This document shows, piece after piece, positions 12,335 through 25,416 of a stretch of 64,000 nt of DNA. Each line of letters starts with the position of its first letter. Within the stretch, counting starts at the first letter, position 1. This DNA is from Eledone cirrhosa (lineage: Eukaryota): assembly GCA_964016885.1 (NCBI GenBank), contig OZ024742.1:295244001-295308000 (forward strand), given 5' to 3'. The translations under genes and the position numbers were made by a program. Below the pieces are notes generated by a model that worked only from the letters and a program-made list of their open reading frames with translations, was not told the origin of the DNA and made no database searches.

Positions 12335-13464
12335 ATGTGAAAGGATTTAGTAATATATGTAAATATTTCATTGTTAAGCTGGTGTCTGTTTGGAAGGTTT
12401 TTAGATAAATATATACACTTTAAAATAAACAGTTTCATGTTGTAAAACTAGGGATGGTTTCAGGGAGTTTGGTATCAAAAAGGTTAACTCTAGAATACAA
12501 CTGTAGTGTAAGCACAAATACACAAAATTATCTGGATTTAATGAGATACTTATTTATGTGTGGTTACACAAGGAAAAAATGATAAGAATGGGGTCAGGTG
12601 GGAAGGTGGTGCATGAGTTCACATAAACAAATGGGGATTAGTATATGTGGTACTAATAGTTAATCAATACAAGTTAATTATCATTGTTGTTTATATATAG
12701 CTTCAAGTAAACCATGATTAGTTAAACATACCCTCAAAGGTATTCCAACAATGATTATCATGTTCTTTTTAAAGGTATCTAGGAGTATACTATCAAATGT
12801 GTCTTTCAATGACAGAGCAGTGTAATTTGAGGAAATTTTGTCTACAATTTTTAGCTTGTTAAGTGACCATGTAGAGGCTCCTTCATCAGTGTATCCTTGT
12901 TGCTGTTGTTGTTTAGCCCCAGATCAACTTATAATCAAAGGCATTCCAACCATGACCATCATGTTCTTTTAGTATCATTCAATGTCTCTTTCCCTGTTTA
13001 CGACATTGTTGCACAATTTGTGGGATATTTGCCGGGCTATTTCCAGCATCTTGAGTGACCATGTAGAAGCTCCTTTGTCAGCTCATCCTTGTTGCTCATA
13101 TGGCAAGACGGTAGAAAATCCTACATAACGTCACATCAGAGCCACATATATTTTATGTAATGTTGCATTTTACACATTATGTAATGGGATATCATCATCA
13201 TTTTACATCTTCTTTCTATGTAGGCATGGACTGGACAGTTTGTCATGGTTTGAGACTAGATGTGTTGGAGAAACTCGTTTTACTCAGACATTATATATAT
13301 GTGCTATGCAATAGGACCACGTACATTTTATGTAATGTTATTTTATAATCTTATGTCACAACACATTATATAAATGTTATGCAATATCACATGGCATGTA
13401 TGTTATGAAAAGAAAGGATCTGATCATTAGATCAAACCAGGGAAACAATGTTTATGTATGTATA

Positions 13465-13503
<39 letters not shown>

Positions 13504-14028
13504 ATGCGTATGTGTATAATTTTTTTTTCGATTTTTAAATTGTTTATTTCTTCTATTATACGTTCAATCTTATGTTCAATTATACACCCACACCTCTATG
13601 TGTCTCCCTAACCATTTTAATTTTTATTGTTTTTCTTTTTGCTCTAACCATTACTCCCATCTTTATATCTAGTCAACTTCATCCTGATATGTGGTCAAAC
13701 TTACAGACTGAACCTACCATTTTATAACATAGCATTTGGGTATGGTCGATATTCTATATAAAGGCAGGTCTGATATCTTACACAGAGATGGATGTATTCT
13801 GATTCTAAACCTCATTGCATCTGATGAACAAATCGATCCTAGAGTTGAGCTGAATTTGACTGATTAAAGTTCTAAGCTGGTCATTTATGAAACGTGTAAT
13901 GATTGATTATGAATAAACAATATTGAACTGAAAATTGGATCTCTCTTTCTTAATATAAACACTTTGCATCTTACACCAATAACAAATAAATGTTGGTATT
14001 AATTCCCACTTTGGTCTTGGTGTTATGT

Positions 14029-15617
14029 ACCTGCTTCTCAAACGTGGTGGGTACTTCGTTCTGCACCAGCTATCACGCTTGTTCCAATTCTGTCTGAACA
14101 ACGGTGCTACTCCAGAACAGTGGAAAACTGCCAGTGTCATTCCTCTGTTCAAAAAGGGTGACCGCACATCACCTGTGAACTATCATCCAGTCAGTCTTAC
14201 TAGCTGCATTGCCAAACTGATGGAATCCTGTGTCAGAGAAATGCTTTGGAACTTTTGGAACTCTCACAGTCTTATCAGGCCCTCTTAATTTGGATTTATC
14301 CCCAACTCCAGCTGCTGTGATCAACTTATCGAGTTTCTTGAAGACATCACCCGGATCACTGATGGTGGCTCATGGGTGGATGTTGTTTACTTTGACTTTG
14401 CTAAAGCTTTCAATTCTGTGCCATACAAAAGATTTATGGCAAAACTCTCAGCAATGGATGTGAAGGATGATCTTTTTAATTGGTTGAAGTCCTTCATTCT
14501 CAGTCGAAGAGAGGTTGTCACGTTTCTAGGACAGCATTCCTCACCATATGAGATGTCATCTGGTGTACCACAGGGATCTGTTCTTGGCCCCCTTTTGTTT
14601 GTGGCATATATTAATGACATAGATGCCAACTTAGAGAATGCCACAGTACTGAAATATGCAGATGACATCAAGCTGTACCTTGAGATAAAAAGAACAGATC
14701 CTGAACACTATAGATCTTTCCTGCAATGAGATCTGGACACAATGCAACAATGGATCACGGACTGGCAACTCAAGTTGGCTGTGGACAAGTGTACCACCAT
14801 GCATTTTGGGAGTAAAAACCCATCATCCACATACTCTCTCCACAACACTAATATCAAGAAGTCTTCTTGTGAACGTGACCTGGGCATTACTGTCAGCAGC
14901 GATTTGCATTGGACGAAGCACGTCTCTAAAATTGTCAAGAAGGCCGAGGGTGTCTTAGCATCACTCAGCAAGACCTTTGTCAGCCGCTCTCCAGCTATCT
15001 ATTTAAAGCTGTATATAGCTATCGTGCGGCCACACTTAAAATTTACATCACCAGTCTGGAACCCCTATCTTGCTCAGAACATTGACTGCCTGGAAACTGT
15101 TCAGAGACGTGCAACCAAGCGAATACCCTCCATCAGGCATCTACCATATTCTGAATGCCTTACTTCCCTAGGCATGGATACATTGAAGTTCCGACGTGTG
15201 GCAACTGACTTGGTAAACACCCACAAAATTATTAACCATCTTGCCAACAACAACCCTGAGTACCTTTTTGATTTCCATGTGTCTAACACCTATGGACATG
15301 CTTACAAAATCAGAAAACAGCACAACTTCCATCACTTTCGGAAACATTTTTTCACGCTCAGAGTTGCTGAAGCATGGAACAAACTACCTGCATCAGTTAT
15401 TAGCTGTCGAAACTCTGCATCCTTTAAAACCTCCATGCTTCCTGAGATTTGCCAACACTACACCTAATATTCCCCCTCCATACACACACTCACATGTATA
15501 TCATGACTTACACTATTCACTTCCCTGACATTTGTATATTATTCTATGTACTATACACCTTTGATGAGTTGTATTGTACCTGAGAACTGTACACAATAAT
15601 TTCATTATCATTATCAT
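14029..15617 (+). mobile_element. 5'-truncated copy of the same CR1 family (RT + 3' UTR) with in-frame stops
   Basis: ORFs 14025-14288, 14376-14729 and 14742-15467 collinear with 57093-58720. Confidence 0.92.
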
Positions 15618-15807
15618 AATGAATATCCAATTTATGTCAAAGTCTTGAGTGCTAAAACTGGTGCCACCTCTCTTACTCATCAACTGGCATTACACGCATG
15701 CTTGCATGCACACATACTCGCACATGTGCACACACACAAATATACATACAACAGTTATAAAGAAAATACAAATAAATGAATGCACTCTCTCTGCAGGAAG
15801 TACTTAC

Positions 15808-15878
15808 CAAGTATTGGTGGAGTTAAAGTAACGGTTACTTCCCTTAGTTCTATGATTTCTATCCACACAAATAGTGAC
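15808..15878 (-). CDS. Cadherin exon, end of last EC repeat and stalk: (K)SLFVWIEIIELREVTVTLTPPIL
   Basis: acag acceptor, gtaagt donor; phase 2 in, phase 1 out; completes the G-strand of the EC repeat. Confidence 0.82.
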
Positions 15879-15979
15879 CTGTTTAACAAACAAATTAGCA
15901 AAAAACATCAATATTAAAAGAGATATTTAGTTATAAATAGTGGAAATATAAAAACAAAACATCAAAGTGTCATACTGAC

Positions 15980-16110
15980 TTTGTCTTTGGAATAACATCA
16001 TTGTCACTGGCAATGACCCATAAAGTATAATTTCCAATGTCATTTTCTTGGATTGCATTTTGAAGTTGTAGAGATCCTGTTTGTTTATTGAGTTCAAATA
16101 ACCATTTTGT
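15980..16110 (-). CDS. Cadherin EC exon: TKWLFELNKQTGSLQLQNAIQENDIGNYTLWVIASDNDVIPKT
   Basis: F-x-L...TG and Y-x-L-x-V-x-A-x-D cadherin pattern; ttcag acceptor, gtcagt donor (alternative GT 4 nt further on). Confidence 0.88.
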
Positions 16111-16407
16111 CTGAAATTACAAAATCATGAATATTACTGAAGATATACATACATGAGAGGCAGTGAATTGGCAGAGTCATTAGAACGTTGGATAGAATGC
16201 TTTATGGTATTCGTTCTGGCTCTCTGTTCTCTGAGTTCAAATCAAAGGTCAACTTTGCCATAGTTTTACCGTCTATCACTTTCTATCTTTCACTGGAAGA
16301 AATCTGCTGTAGTCAGGCCTGGAGAGGGATGGGCTCCACCAGGCTTAAAAATGCCCAATAAACGCCATATGTCAATACGGCGCCCCTATGACTCTACATA
16401 CATACAT

Positions 16408-16740
16408 GTGAAGGTGTGTGGCTTAGTTATTAGAGTGCTGGGCTCACAATCGTAGGGTTGTGAGTTCAAATCCCAGACTGGTGGTGCATTGTGTTCTTGA
16501 GCAAAACACTTTATTTTATGTTGCTCCAGTTTATTCAACTGTAGAAATGAGTTGCTAAGTCACAGGTGCCAAGCTGTATGTGCCATTGCCTTTCCCTTAG
16601 ACAACATTGGTGATGTAGAGATGGGAGATTTGTATGCATGGGTGACTGTTGGTCTTCCACAAGCAACCTTGCCTGGACTTGTGCCATGAAGATTAGCTTC
16701 CTAGGTGCGAAACATGGTCATTTGTGACTGAAGGGGCTTC
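16408..16740 (+). mobile_element. tRNA-derived SINE family B (other copies at about 2733-2875 on + and 23700-24046 on -)
   Basis: A box tggcttagttattag, B box gagttcaaatccc, core tgtgttcttgagcaaaacact. Confidence 0.75.
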
Positions 16741-17515
16741 TTATACATACAAACATACACACATAGAAACATAACTCTACACTCACACATATATGTAGGT
16801 ACTATTAACGAATTTGGAGGTAGTTATTGGACTAGGAAAGATAGACATAACAACTTTGATATTTCAATGGGATCTAGTGATTCTGTTCAGGTCACTGATC
16901 TTGTTGGATTATTTCTGCAGGACTTTTTATTCTTCTTTCATGTATTCTTAGTTTTATCTTTATACTTCTTTTTTTACTCATTGTTTCAAATTTAATTTTA
17001 ATTTAAGGCAAATACATTCTTGGGTAATTCCCAAAAGAATACGGCTGCAAATGCAGGGGGGTTCCTCTGAAAGGTCTCTGGAGGAATGTTATTTGATAGA
17101 GTGCATAGCTTGGAGATCGGAGAGTCATTTCAGAGTTGCAACTTCTCCGAATTGAGGGATTACAGCTCTGATACCACATCTGGTGATACAGATGAGATGT
17201 GAAATTATGTGTTCAGGTAGATTATTCAATTTTATGCTCACATCTTAGCATATGGATTTACTCTTATATATTATAATGTAGTTAAATTTAATTCTTTCAT
17301 TTACCATATTTCTACACAGTTCATTTGTTGAAGAATGTGTAAGATGAATAAAAGTGTTTTAATTCCTTCATAATTCCAGGAGTCATTATAAATCCCGCCG
17401 AGGTTAACTTTGCCTTTCATCCTTATGGGGTCGATAAAATAATGTACCAGTAATACACTGGGTAATTGCTGGCCTTGTGCCAAAAGTAAAAACAATTATA
17501 TATATATATATAAAA

Positions 17516-17700
17516 GGGCGGTGAATTGGCAGTATTGGTAGAGGGTCGGACGCCATGCTTTGACATAGAGTTACAGCCCTTGCTATTCTGAGTTCAAATC
17601 CCGCCAAGGTTAACTTTGCCTTTCATCCTTACGGGGTCGATAAAATAAAGTACCAGTAATGCACTGGGTAATTGCTGGCCTTGTGCCAAAACGTAGAAAC

Positions 17701-17706
<6 letters not shown>
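17516..17706 (+). mobile_element. tRNA-derived SINE family A (preceded by a partial tandem copy at 17390-17500)
   Basis: A-box-like tggcagtattgg, B box gagttcaaatccc, core gcctttcatccttacggggtcgataaa, tail gccaaaagtagaaacaattat. Confidence 0.85.
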
Positions 17707-17739
<33 letters not shown>

Positions 17740-18281
17740 CATACATACATATATGTATATGTTGTATTATTGTAGCAACATACTTTTGGTCACCTTAATC
17801 TTGGTGTCACACTTCATTAACATTTTGTGTTCACTCTGGGTGTATCAATTCCTCACATCATTCAGTGTTTCGTGACTGCCTCTTATAATTCGATGAGCAT
17901 ATGGTATAGTGCAGCTTTGGTTATATTCATTATATATATATATGAATAGATAGATAGGTGGATATATATATATATATATCGTCTAACCCATGCTAGCGTG
18001 GAAAATGGACGTTAAACGAAGATGATGATGATGATGATATATATAAATATATAGAGAGAGACAATAGAGTAGTAAAGTAAGTTAAATTAAGTTAAATCAG
18101 TTATAATCAATTAACAAATAACTAAAGACTTTGATTCTTGTTGCTGGATAGGTTGTTAAACTACAAAACACACCAAAGCTCATTCAATTTAATATAGTCT
18201 TCACCTCCCATACCAAAGTATGGGAGGTAAAGACTATATTAAATTGAACACCTTGGTTGGATAAACATAAACTTGACTGAC

Positions 18282-18418
18282 CTTGGCACTGTTTGTTTGC
18301 ATGGAATAGGTAATGTTTTCACTTGAACCTTTATCACCGTCAATTGCAGTAAACTGGAATATATTTGCTCCAATTGAAGTATTTTCTGATATTGACAAAA
18401 CCAGGGGATCTGTGACTC
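18282..18418 (-). CDS. Cadherin EC exon: (G)VTDPLVLSISENTSIGANIFQFTAIDGDKGSSENITYSMQTNSAK
   Basis: xE, AxDxDxG and ITY motifs; AG/GT; phase 1/0. Confidence 0.92.
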
Positions 18419-18493
18419 CTGTTAAAATATAAAGCATTGTTAGTTAGCTGCAAATAGTCAAATATATCCATAAATAAAGACAACAACAACAAG

Positions 18494-18670
18494 CAGTGCT
18501 GGATTTACCATTGTGCTTAGGTGTGATTAAGCACAAGGCCCTGCTAGCCAGGGAGGGGCCTATCTTCCTGCCAAAAGCATTTTTTACAATGAATTATCTC
18601 TTTCAGAGCCCAAGTAAGAGGCCTCATAATTTAACTAGCATAGGCCTCACTTGTCCTAAGTCCAGCACTG
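18494..18670. mobile_element. hAT-type MITE
   Basis: TIR CAGTGCTGGA/TCCAGCACTG; perfect 8-bp TSD acaacaag. Confidence 0.85.
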
Positions 18671-19865
18671 ACAACAAGCATGGTTATCTTCCCTGATAAA
18701 GCAAGAGTTAGCCATGTAGGCCTCATAACAAGCTTCACACCCATCATGGAGGCCATTTTGAGGCAATGCTTTATGACCAGATGCATTTTCTGGTACCAAC
18801 CCTTTTAGTTGCCTCCTATAACATACAGAGGTCCAACATAAATATTCTAAACCAGATACACACAACACATCCATCAATATAGACAGACACACATTCAATT
18901 GATTGCTTAGTTTCAATACTCAGAGAAATGAAACATTATACAATGAGATCATACTGGAGAAAAATGAGTAAAAGCAAATGAATCAGTAAATGACTGAATA
19001 TTCCACAGATACATGTATCCTTCATGTAATTCTTAGGTAGATTCAGCATGATAGAATATGTAATAAGGCTGGAATTACAAGTACAGTCCATCTGATGTAC
19101 TTGTAATCCCGTTTTCATCAACCCAGTTTCACTGTCACGGTAAAGATCAACTTGTAGCCAAGGTTATGATAAAATACACTCAGAACTGTGAGTGATGAAA
19201 AATTCAGAGTCAGAGTTTGATTTTTACTATTTAGTCAGGGAGGTATCTTCAAATTAGAAACTTGATCTAAATGTTTACAACAGAGGTGACTCCATTAAAG
19301 GCACCCAAGGGCCTGTTGGTGGCATTAATCTATTTTATAAATAGACTACAGGAAGATTTGAACACAGACCACAAAGAGCCAGAATGAATTCAACAAAGTA
19401 TCTTGTTCTATGCTCTAACAATTCTGACAATCCACTGCCCTGAATTGATATATTATTTTATTGACTCCTAAAAAAAGTCAAAAGCAATGATGATTTTAAC
19501 AAGATTTGAATTTAAAACATAGACTCAGAAATATTATTGTAAAGCATTGTGTCCTCTGCTCTGCTCTAATGACTATACAAATGAATTTCAGCCAGTATAT
19601 TGGTCTTGGGTCCAGATAGCCAAAGGAAGTATCTGCGTGTGTGTGTGTAGGAAGGAGGTGTGGGGCTCAGGAATATCTCATACACCTTATCTCAAAAATA
19701 CCCCTCAAACCTCTTGAATTTTGAAAAGAGCTCCCAATACATAGGGCTTGAAAGCAGTCATGTTTTCCCTTGCACAAAACTGGAGGCCTTGACCCTGCCA
19801 ATCTGCAGTTTAGATTTAATGTCCATCAGCTTTGGTCAGTTGTTAGATCAGAGTTTGAGACTTAC

Positions 19866-19992
19866 CAATGAAATGTGGTTGGTAGAAATTGGTATTATTG
19901 GAGATCATTTTAACGCGAATATAAATTTCATCTCTTCCATACTGTTTAGTAGCTTTCTCAAGGGGAGCAACATTCCGAGCTCTGTAGGAGAG
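19866..19992 (-). CDS. Cadherin EC exon (atypical linker): LSYRARNVAPLEKATKQYGRDEIYIRVKMISNNTNFYQPHFI
   Basis: ttgttcag acceptor, gtaag donor; 127 nt bridges the phase-0 exon 20825-21049 to the phase-1 exon 18282-18418; ends in the PxF linker. Confidence 0.85.
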
Positions 19993-20824
19993 CTGAACAA
20001 AGAAAATAAAACAAAAATAATGATTTCTTTATTGGTCACCGAAAACAGACAAACAAGGGCAGTGGAGATTTACATAAAATGAGTAAATAAATGAGAAAAC
20101 AAAACAGGTAACAAAGTAACAAATAAATAACAGAATTACCTAATAAAGGGGAGGACCACTCATGTGTAATTAAGGAACATCCCAGATTTGAAAGCAACCT
20201 AATCACCAATGGTACCTTAGAAAAATCACTCTACATCTGTTCTCAGAATTTCAAACCAACATTTTTTTGAGCCATTGAAGGAGATTATTCTCTTTTGTAG
20301 TCCATACACAATACGACAGATGTTAGTAGAAAATTGGAAGGTATAACACCTGAAACATTGTGACTGTAACATGATGATAACACTATTCTTAATGAATCAG
20401 TTTATAATAATTTCATTAACATTGGTTGTTTTTTTATTTCTACTTTCTTAACCATTTCCACACCAAACCATTTATTTTATAAAACTGTTTGTTTTAAAAT
20501 GTTTATATTTATGAATAATGAAAATAATAATGAAAAATTATTGTGTACAGTGCTCAGGTGCACTTCAATTCATCAAAGGTTCAGAAAAGTGAACAGTAAT
20601 ATCTATAAATCTTTCATCATAATTTAATATAAGAAACTTTGTTAAGTTATGTTTCAAACTTAATAACAAGAAATTCTTGATTATTTAGAAAACTATTATT
20701 TGAAAATTATAGACTGTCTTTTATTAGAAATATGGTAATGATAGGTTTAAATGGAACAAAATAAACAAGAATTGTGGGGTTTTCTACAAAAATCAAGAAA
20801 TATGATATAAAACAAAGAACTTAC

Positions 20825-21049
20825 AAGAGCAACACTGAAATTTTCTGGCTTCCAACTACTTGTTGGTAAAGGTTTTTTGATGATTAGTTTGCGTAAGTCT
20901 TTGCTAACAGAAAAAACTTCATTAAACAATTCAGTCATTTCTGGATCTTCGTTAGGTACAAACTGCACACTGTATTTCACCTTAGCATTCTGACCATCAT
21001 CTGGATCTATAGCTTCTGGAAGCCACCATTTTTTGTTCCCTCGTGTATT
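20825..21049 (-). CDS. Cadherin EC exon: NTRGNKKWWLPEAIDPDDGQNAKVKYSVQFVPNEDPEMTELFNEVFSVSKDLRKLIIKKPLPTSSWKPENFSVAL
   Basis: AxDPDxGxN and VKY motifs; AG/GT; 225 nt, phase 0/0. Confidence 0.92.
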
Positions 21050-21082
21050 CTGGAAAATATAAAATATACAAACAAGGATATA

Positions 21083-21400
21083 TTATCATCATCATTTAAC
21101 AACCATTTCCCATGCTAGCATGGGTCAGATGGGTTGTCCTATTACAGGAAGTTGGGTTTATAGCATATTGTATCTAATCCATCTTATACTTAATTTCTCT
21201 CTCAGTTCATTCGTGCTATGCCGTTCATGTATATTACCATTACACATCCAGCAGAGCATGCATGCTTCATTTTTTTGCACTCTTCACAGATCCTCTGCAC
21301 ACAGTTCCCAGGTTTCACTACCATGTAACATTGCTGTTTGTATATATGCATCGTACAATCTGCACTTCATTTTAAGGGAAAAACCTTTTGTAGCTAGTAG
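21083..21400 (-). mobile_element. RTE fragment (tail + RT C-terminal piece)
   Basis: Similar to 49190-49350 and to the RTE 3' tail. Confidence 0.7.
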
Positions 21401-21694
21401 CGATATATATATACACACGTTGGTAGAAATCCGTAAATGAAAGATCTGTTGGAAAAGAGCTTATTTACTGTAAACAAAGTTTCATAAACTTAATGTAAGT
21501 GCTACTAATGGTTTCAGGGTCCAGTTCTGGCCACCACTGTATAATGGAGGAATCATTTTAAACTGGCCATTCATTCAGGTATGTGGACAAAGATATGAAA
21601 AAAGGATGTCTAGGCCGAGACATCAACCTCCCTTTTTTCATATCTTCATCCTGAATGAAAGGCCAATTTAGAAAAGAAAACAACAACAACTCAC

Positions 21695-21915
21695 CTGAGG
21701 TATTTCAATAACATATGTCATGTTATATCCTACAAAGTCTGGAATATTGTCATTAATATCACTAATATTTACAAGAAGTAATGTTGAGCCTGTTTTGGGA
21801 GGAAGTCCATTATCCACAGCATAGACAGTCAATGATGCCTGAGATATATTCAGAGTATCTCTGTCTATCTTATTTTTCACACTGATCCAACCAGAAGATG
21901 AAATGGTAAAATAAT
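21695..21915 (-). CDS. Cadherin EC exon: (D)YFTISSSGWISVKNKIDRDTLNISQASLTVYAVDNGLPPKTGSTLLLVNISDINDNIPDFVGYNMTYVIEIPQ
   Basis: IDRD, AVDNGxP and DINDNIP cadherin motifs; AG/GTGAG; phase 1/0. Confidence 0.95.
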
Positions 21916-22591
21916 CTGAAATAAAATAAAATGTTAAAAGTTAGTAGCAATACTTAATAACATTAACCTTTTTTATATAAACCCACAAAAAACTGTCTCT
22001 GGTTCTATGAAACCATCAATTTTAACCCTTTAACATTTACATTACTCCATATTTAGTATTATATTTTCATGGTAAAAGTTTTACCTCACATAATATCGAA
22101 TCTATGAGATTTTGATATTTATTTTGAGAACAATACCTTAACATTAGTATGAGCAGCCGGTTACAATCGGTTTGAACAGAAAGAAATAAGAGAATTCTGA
22201 CTGGTCATCCACATTTATATACAGAATCTACATTTTTGTCTCAACCCCTTTATTTTTTTTTATCGTCATCCAATTTGCATTTAACCCTTTAGCATTTAAA
22301 CCAGCCATATCCAGCCAGAATTCTCTCACCCCTTTCTGTTAAAACTGGCTGTAACCGGCCACTCATACTGATATCAAGGTATTGTTCTCAAAATAAATAT
22401 CATCAAAATCTCATAGATTCGATATTATGTGAGATAATTATGTAAGGTAAAGCTTTTGCTCTGAAAATACAATAGTATATATAGAATAATTTAAATGTTA
22501 AAAGGTTAAATCCCAAAACATTTTGTATCCTGTCTTTGTAAAATCCCTTTCATCCATTGATTTTGTGACAAATAAATGAAATCAACATGCA

Positions 22592-23277
22592 AGGGTGGTT
22601 GACTGGGTGAATTGCTAGGGTGGTAGACTGGGGTAATTGTTAGGGTGGTAGACTGGGGTAATTGTTAGGGTGGTTGACTGGGTGAATTGCTAGGGTGGTA
22701 GACTGAGGTAATTGCTAGGGTGGTAGACTGGGTGAATTGCTAGGGTGGTAGACTGGGTGAATTGCTAGGGTGGTAGACTGGGGTAATTGTTAGGGTGGTT
22801 GACTGGGTGAATTGCTAGGGTGGTAGACTGGGTGAATTGCTAGGGTGGTAGACTGGGTGAATTGCTAGGGTGGTAGACTGGGTGAATTGCTAGGGTGGTA
22901 GACTGGGGTAATTGTTAGGGTGGTAGACTGGGTGAATTGCTAGGGTGGTAGACTGGGGTAATTGTTAGGGTGGTTGACTGGGTGAATTGCTAGGGTGGTA
23001 GACTGAGGTAATTGCTAGGGTGGTAGACTGGGTGAATTGCTAGGGTGGTAGACTGAGGTAATTTCTAGGGTGGTAGACTGGGTGAATTGCTAGGGTGGTA
23101 GACTGGGGTAATTGTTAGGGTGGTTGACTGGGTGAATTGCTAGGGTGGTAGACTGGGTGAATTGCTAGAGTGGTAGACTGAGGTAATTGCTAGGGTGGTA
23201 GACTGAGGTAATTGCTAGGGTGGTAGACTCAGGTAATTGTTAGGGTATAGACTGGGGTAATTGTTAGGGTGGTAGAT
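22592..23277. repeat. 25-bp G-rich minisatellite, about 27 copies
   Basis: Unit agggtggtagactgggtgaattgct with variants. Confidence 0.95.
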
Positions 23278-24176
23278 GACATGCTTTGTAATATTTCTTC
23301 CAGTTCTTAATGTTGTGTATTCAAATATTAACAAGGTCAATTTTGCCTTTCACCAACACACTACCTTCTTTTGATAAGGAGGGGCAGACAAGTTTCCTCT
23401 GTCTGATGGCTATGGCCAAAAAGGTTGTATGTTTGACATGTTTAAAAAGCTTGAGAATAAATCTCTATCTCTCTGGGTAACCCTCATATATTTGTTCAAA
23501 TATTTCTTCAAGCATTTGGACCAGGTAACTTGTTCCCATCAACCACAAAGGTCATGAAAAGAATTTTCCTACATTAAGCTATTGAAAAAATGAGATGGTA
23601 AAGTGTGATTTGAGAGGGATTTGGTTGCTATTTCTAGCAGGTTGAACGACAACATATTTTGTAAATATTTATTCAATATTCACATATGTTTACTGAAATT
23701 TTACAATAGTGAACTAATGCATAGTATATTGAACCTTCATTAGTTTCAACATTAAGTGTTCCAGCTGTAGAATCAACAGAATAGCTTTTTTGTAAAATTA
23801 ACATACAATTGACTGAGCATTCCACAAACACATGTGCCTTAATATAATTCTCAACATGATACAGGATCTGCCATGGCTGAGCCTTTGAATCAAATGTAGA
23901 GATCATTTTTTTCAGCTGAGTGGATTGAAGCAATGTGAAATAAAGATTCTTGCTCAAAGACACAATACATCTCTCCCTGGGAATTGAACTCATGATTTTA
24001 TGATCATAAACCCAACATGTTAACCACTTAACCATGCACCTTCACACTATTGCATGAATGTGACCCCCCCCCCCCCCAAAAAAAAAAAAACACCAATAAT
24101 AATTTCAAGGAAATCTAATATAATGTATTAATATGAAATATCAAGGTAAGTTTTCAAGTGATTCAAACTCTTTTAC

Positions 24177-24369
24177 CTGTCCAATTTACTGTACTTTCAT
24201 CATTTGAGGAGCTGAGAAGATGATACGCTATTTTATCATCTGGGTCTTCATCACTTGCTCGAAGTTGCAGGAACTTACGTACAATCTTTTCCTCAGTAAC
24301 ATTGGCCCGAAATATGGAAGAGGTAAACTTGGGTGCATGTTGGTTGAGCTGAATAACTTCTATATGAAC
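24177..24369 (-). CDS. Cadherin EC exon: VHIEVIQLNQHAPKFTSSIFRANVTEEKIVRKFLQLRASDEDPDDKIAYHLLSSSNDESTVNWT
   Basis: NxHAPxF, TEE and ASDED motifs; AG/GT; phase 0/1. Confidence 0.93.
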
Positions 24370-24657
24370 CTGCAAAATAGAAAGTGGATGTAGTATCCCA
24401 AGAAATTGTTATATATATGTATTTCAAAGCAATAACAAAATTAACAAAACAAATACCACAGTACATGGAAGAAATATATTAGTTTAACGCTTGAAATAGA
24501 AGGAAGTGAGTTTTAACGTTTCGGACACTAGTCCTTCATCTGAAGATAGAGTTAGAAATAGAAGATAAATAGAAAGTAAAGAGTGATGAGAGGAAGGAAC
24601 GGGGAAAATGAGTATAAAATTAGGGAGAAAAAAACACACATGCATATTCAGTCAGCC

Positions 24658-24708
<51 letters not shown>

Positions 24709-24829
24709 ATAGCAATCTATTTTTAGGATTCTTGAGCAGATATGTATTTATTTCAATGCATATACTTTTTTTTTTACTAAGAAAAATAATCTAACAAATA
24801 GGGCATAAAAGCCCCTGGACATAAAAAAG

Positions 24830-25015
24830 TTGGATTGGCAGTATAGGTAGAGAGTCGGACGCTATGCTTTCCAGCATAGTTACGTCCCTTTACGATCTGA
24901 GTTCAAATCCCGCTGAGGTTAACTTTGTCTTTCATCCTTACGGCGTCGATAAAATAAAATACCAGTAATGTACTGGGTAATTGCTGGCCTTGTGCCAAAA
25001 GTAGAAACAATTATA
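24830..25015 (+). mobile_element. SINE family A
   Basis: Homologous to 17516-17706. Confidence 0.85.
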
Positions 25016-25085
25016 TATATATGATATAGCAGATATTTATAGAAGAGTTTTGTTATATTTGGAAATAAAAAAAAATTAAATTTAC

Positions 25086-25237
25086 TTTGGCAACGTCACT
25101 TAAAGCATCTGGATAACCACCGTCTTTTGCTTCTACAAACAGCATACGAGAACCAGATAATCGGTCTTGGAATGATACTTTGGTTGTCAGCAGTCCAGAT
25201 TTAGGATTTAATTCAAATTCTTCAAATGGATCACCAC
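25086..25237 (-). CDS. Cadherin EC exon: (G)GDPFEEFELNPKSGLLTTKVSFQDRLSGSRMLFVEAKDGGYPDALSDVAK
   Basis: F-x-L-N-P-x-S-G and VEAKDGGxP motifs; AG/GT; phase 1/0. Confidence 0.92.
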
Positions 25238-25416
25238 CTTTAAGAAGACAAAAATATATTTCTTGTAAACATTATGGAATAAAGAAATTAAAAAAAAAAA
25301 AAAATTTATATATATATAGCATGGCCTCAGCCCCTCAGCTGGAATGCAAATAAATAAATAAATAAAATATAGGTCTCCTTTGATATGTTTGATCAATTCA
25401 TGTGGGGTTGGTGCTA

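Noticed and set aside
17516-17605. tRNA gene suggested by A/B boxes
   Set aside because: No cloverleaf; it is the head of a multi-copy SINE.
21500-21585. Hammerhead-like motif on the minus strand (CTGAATGA...GAAA)
   Set aside because: The core has an extra base and stems I and III do not pair convincingly.
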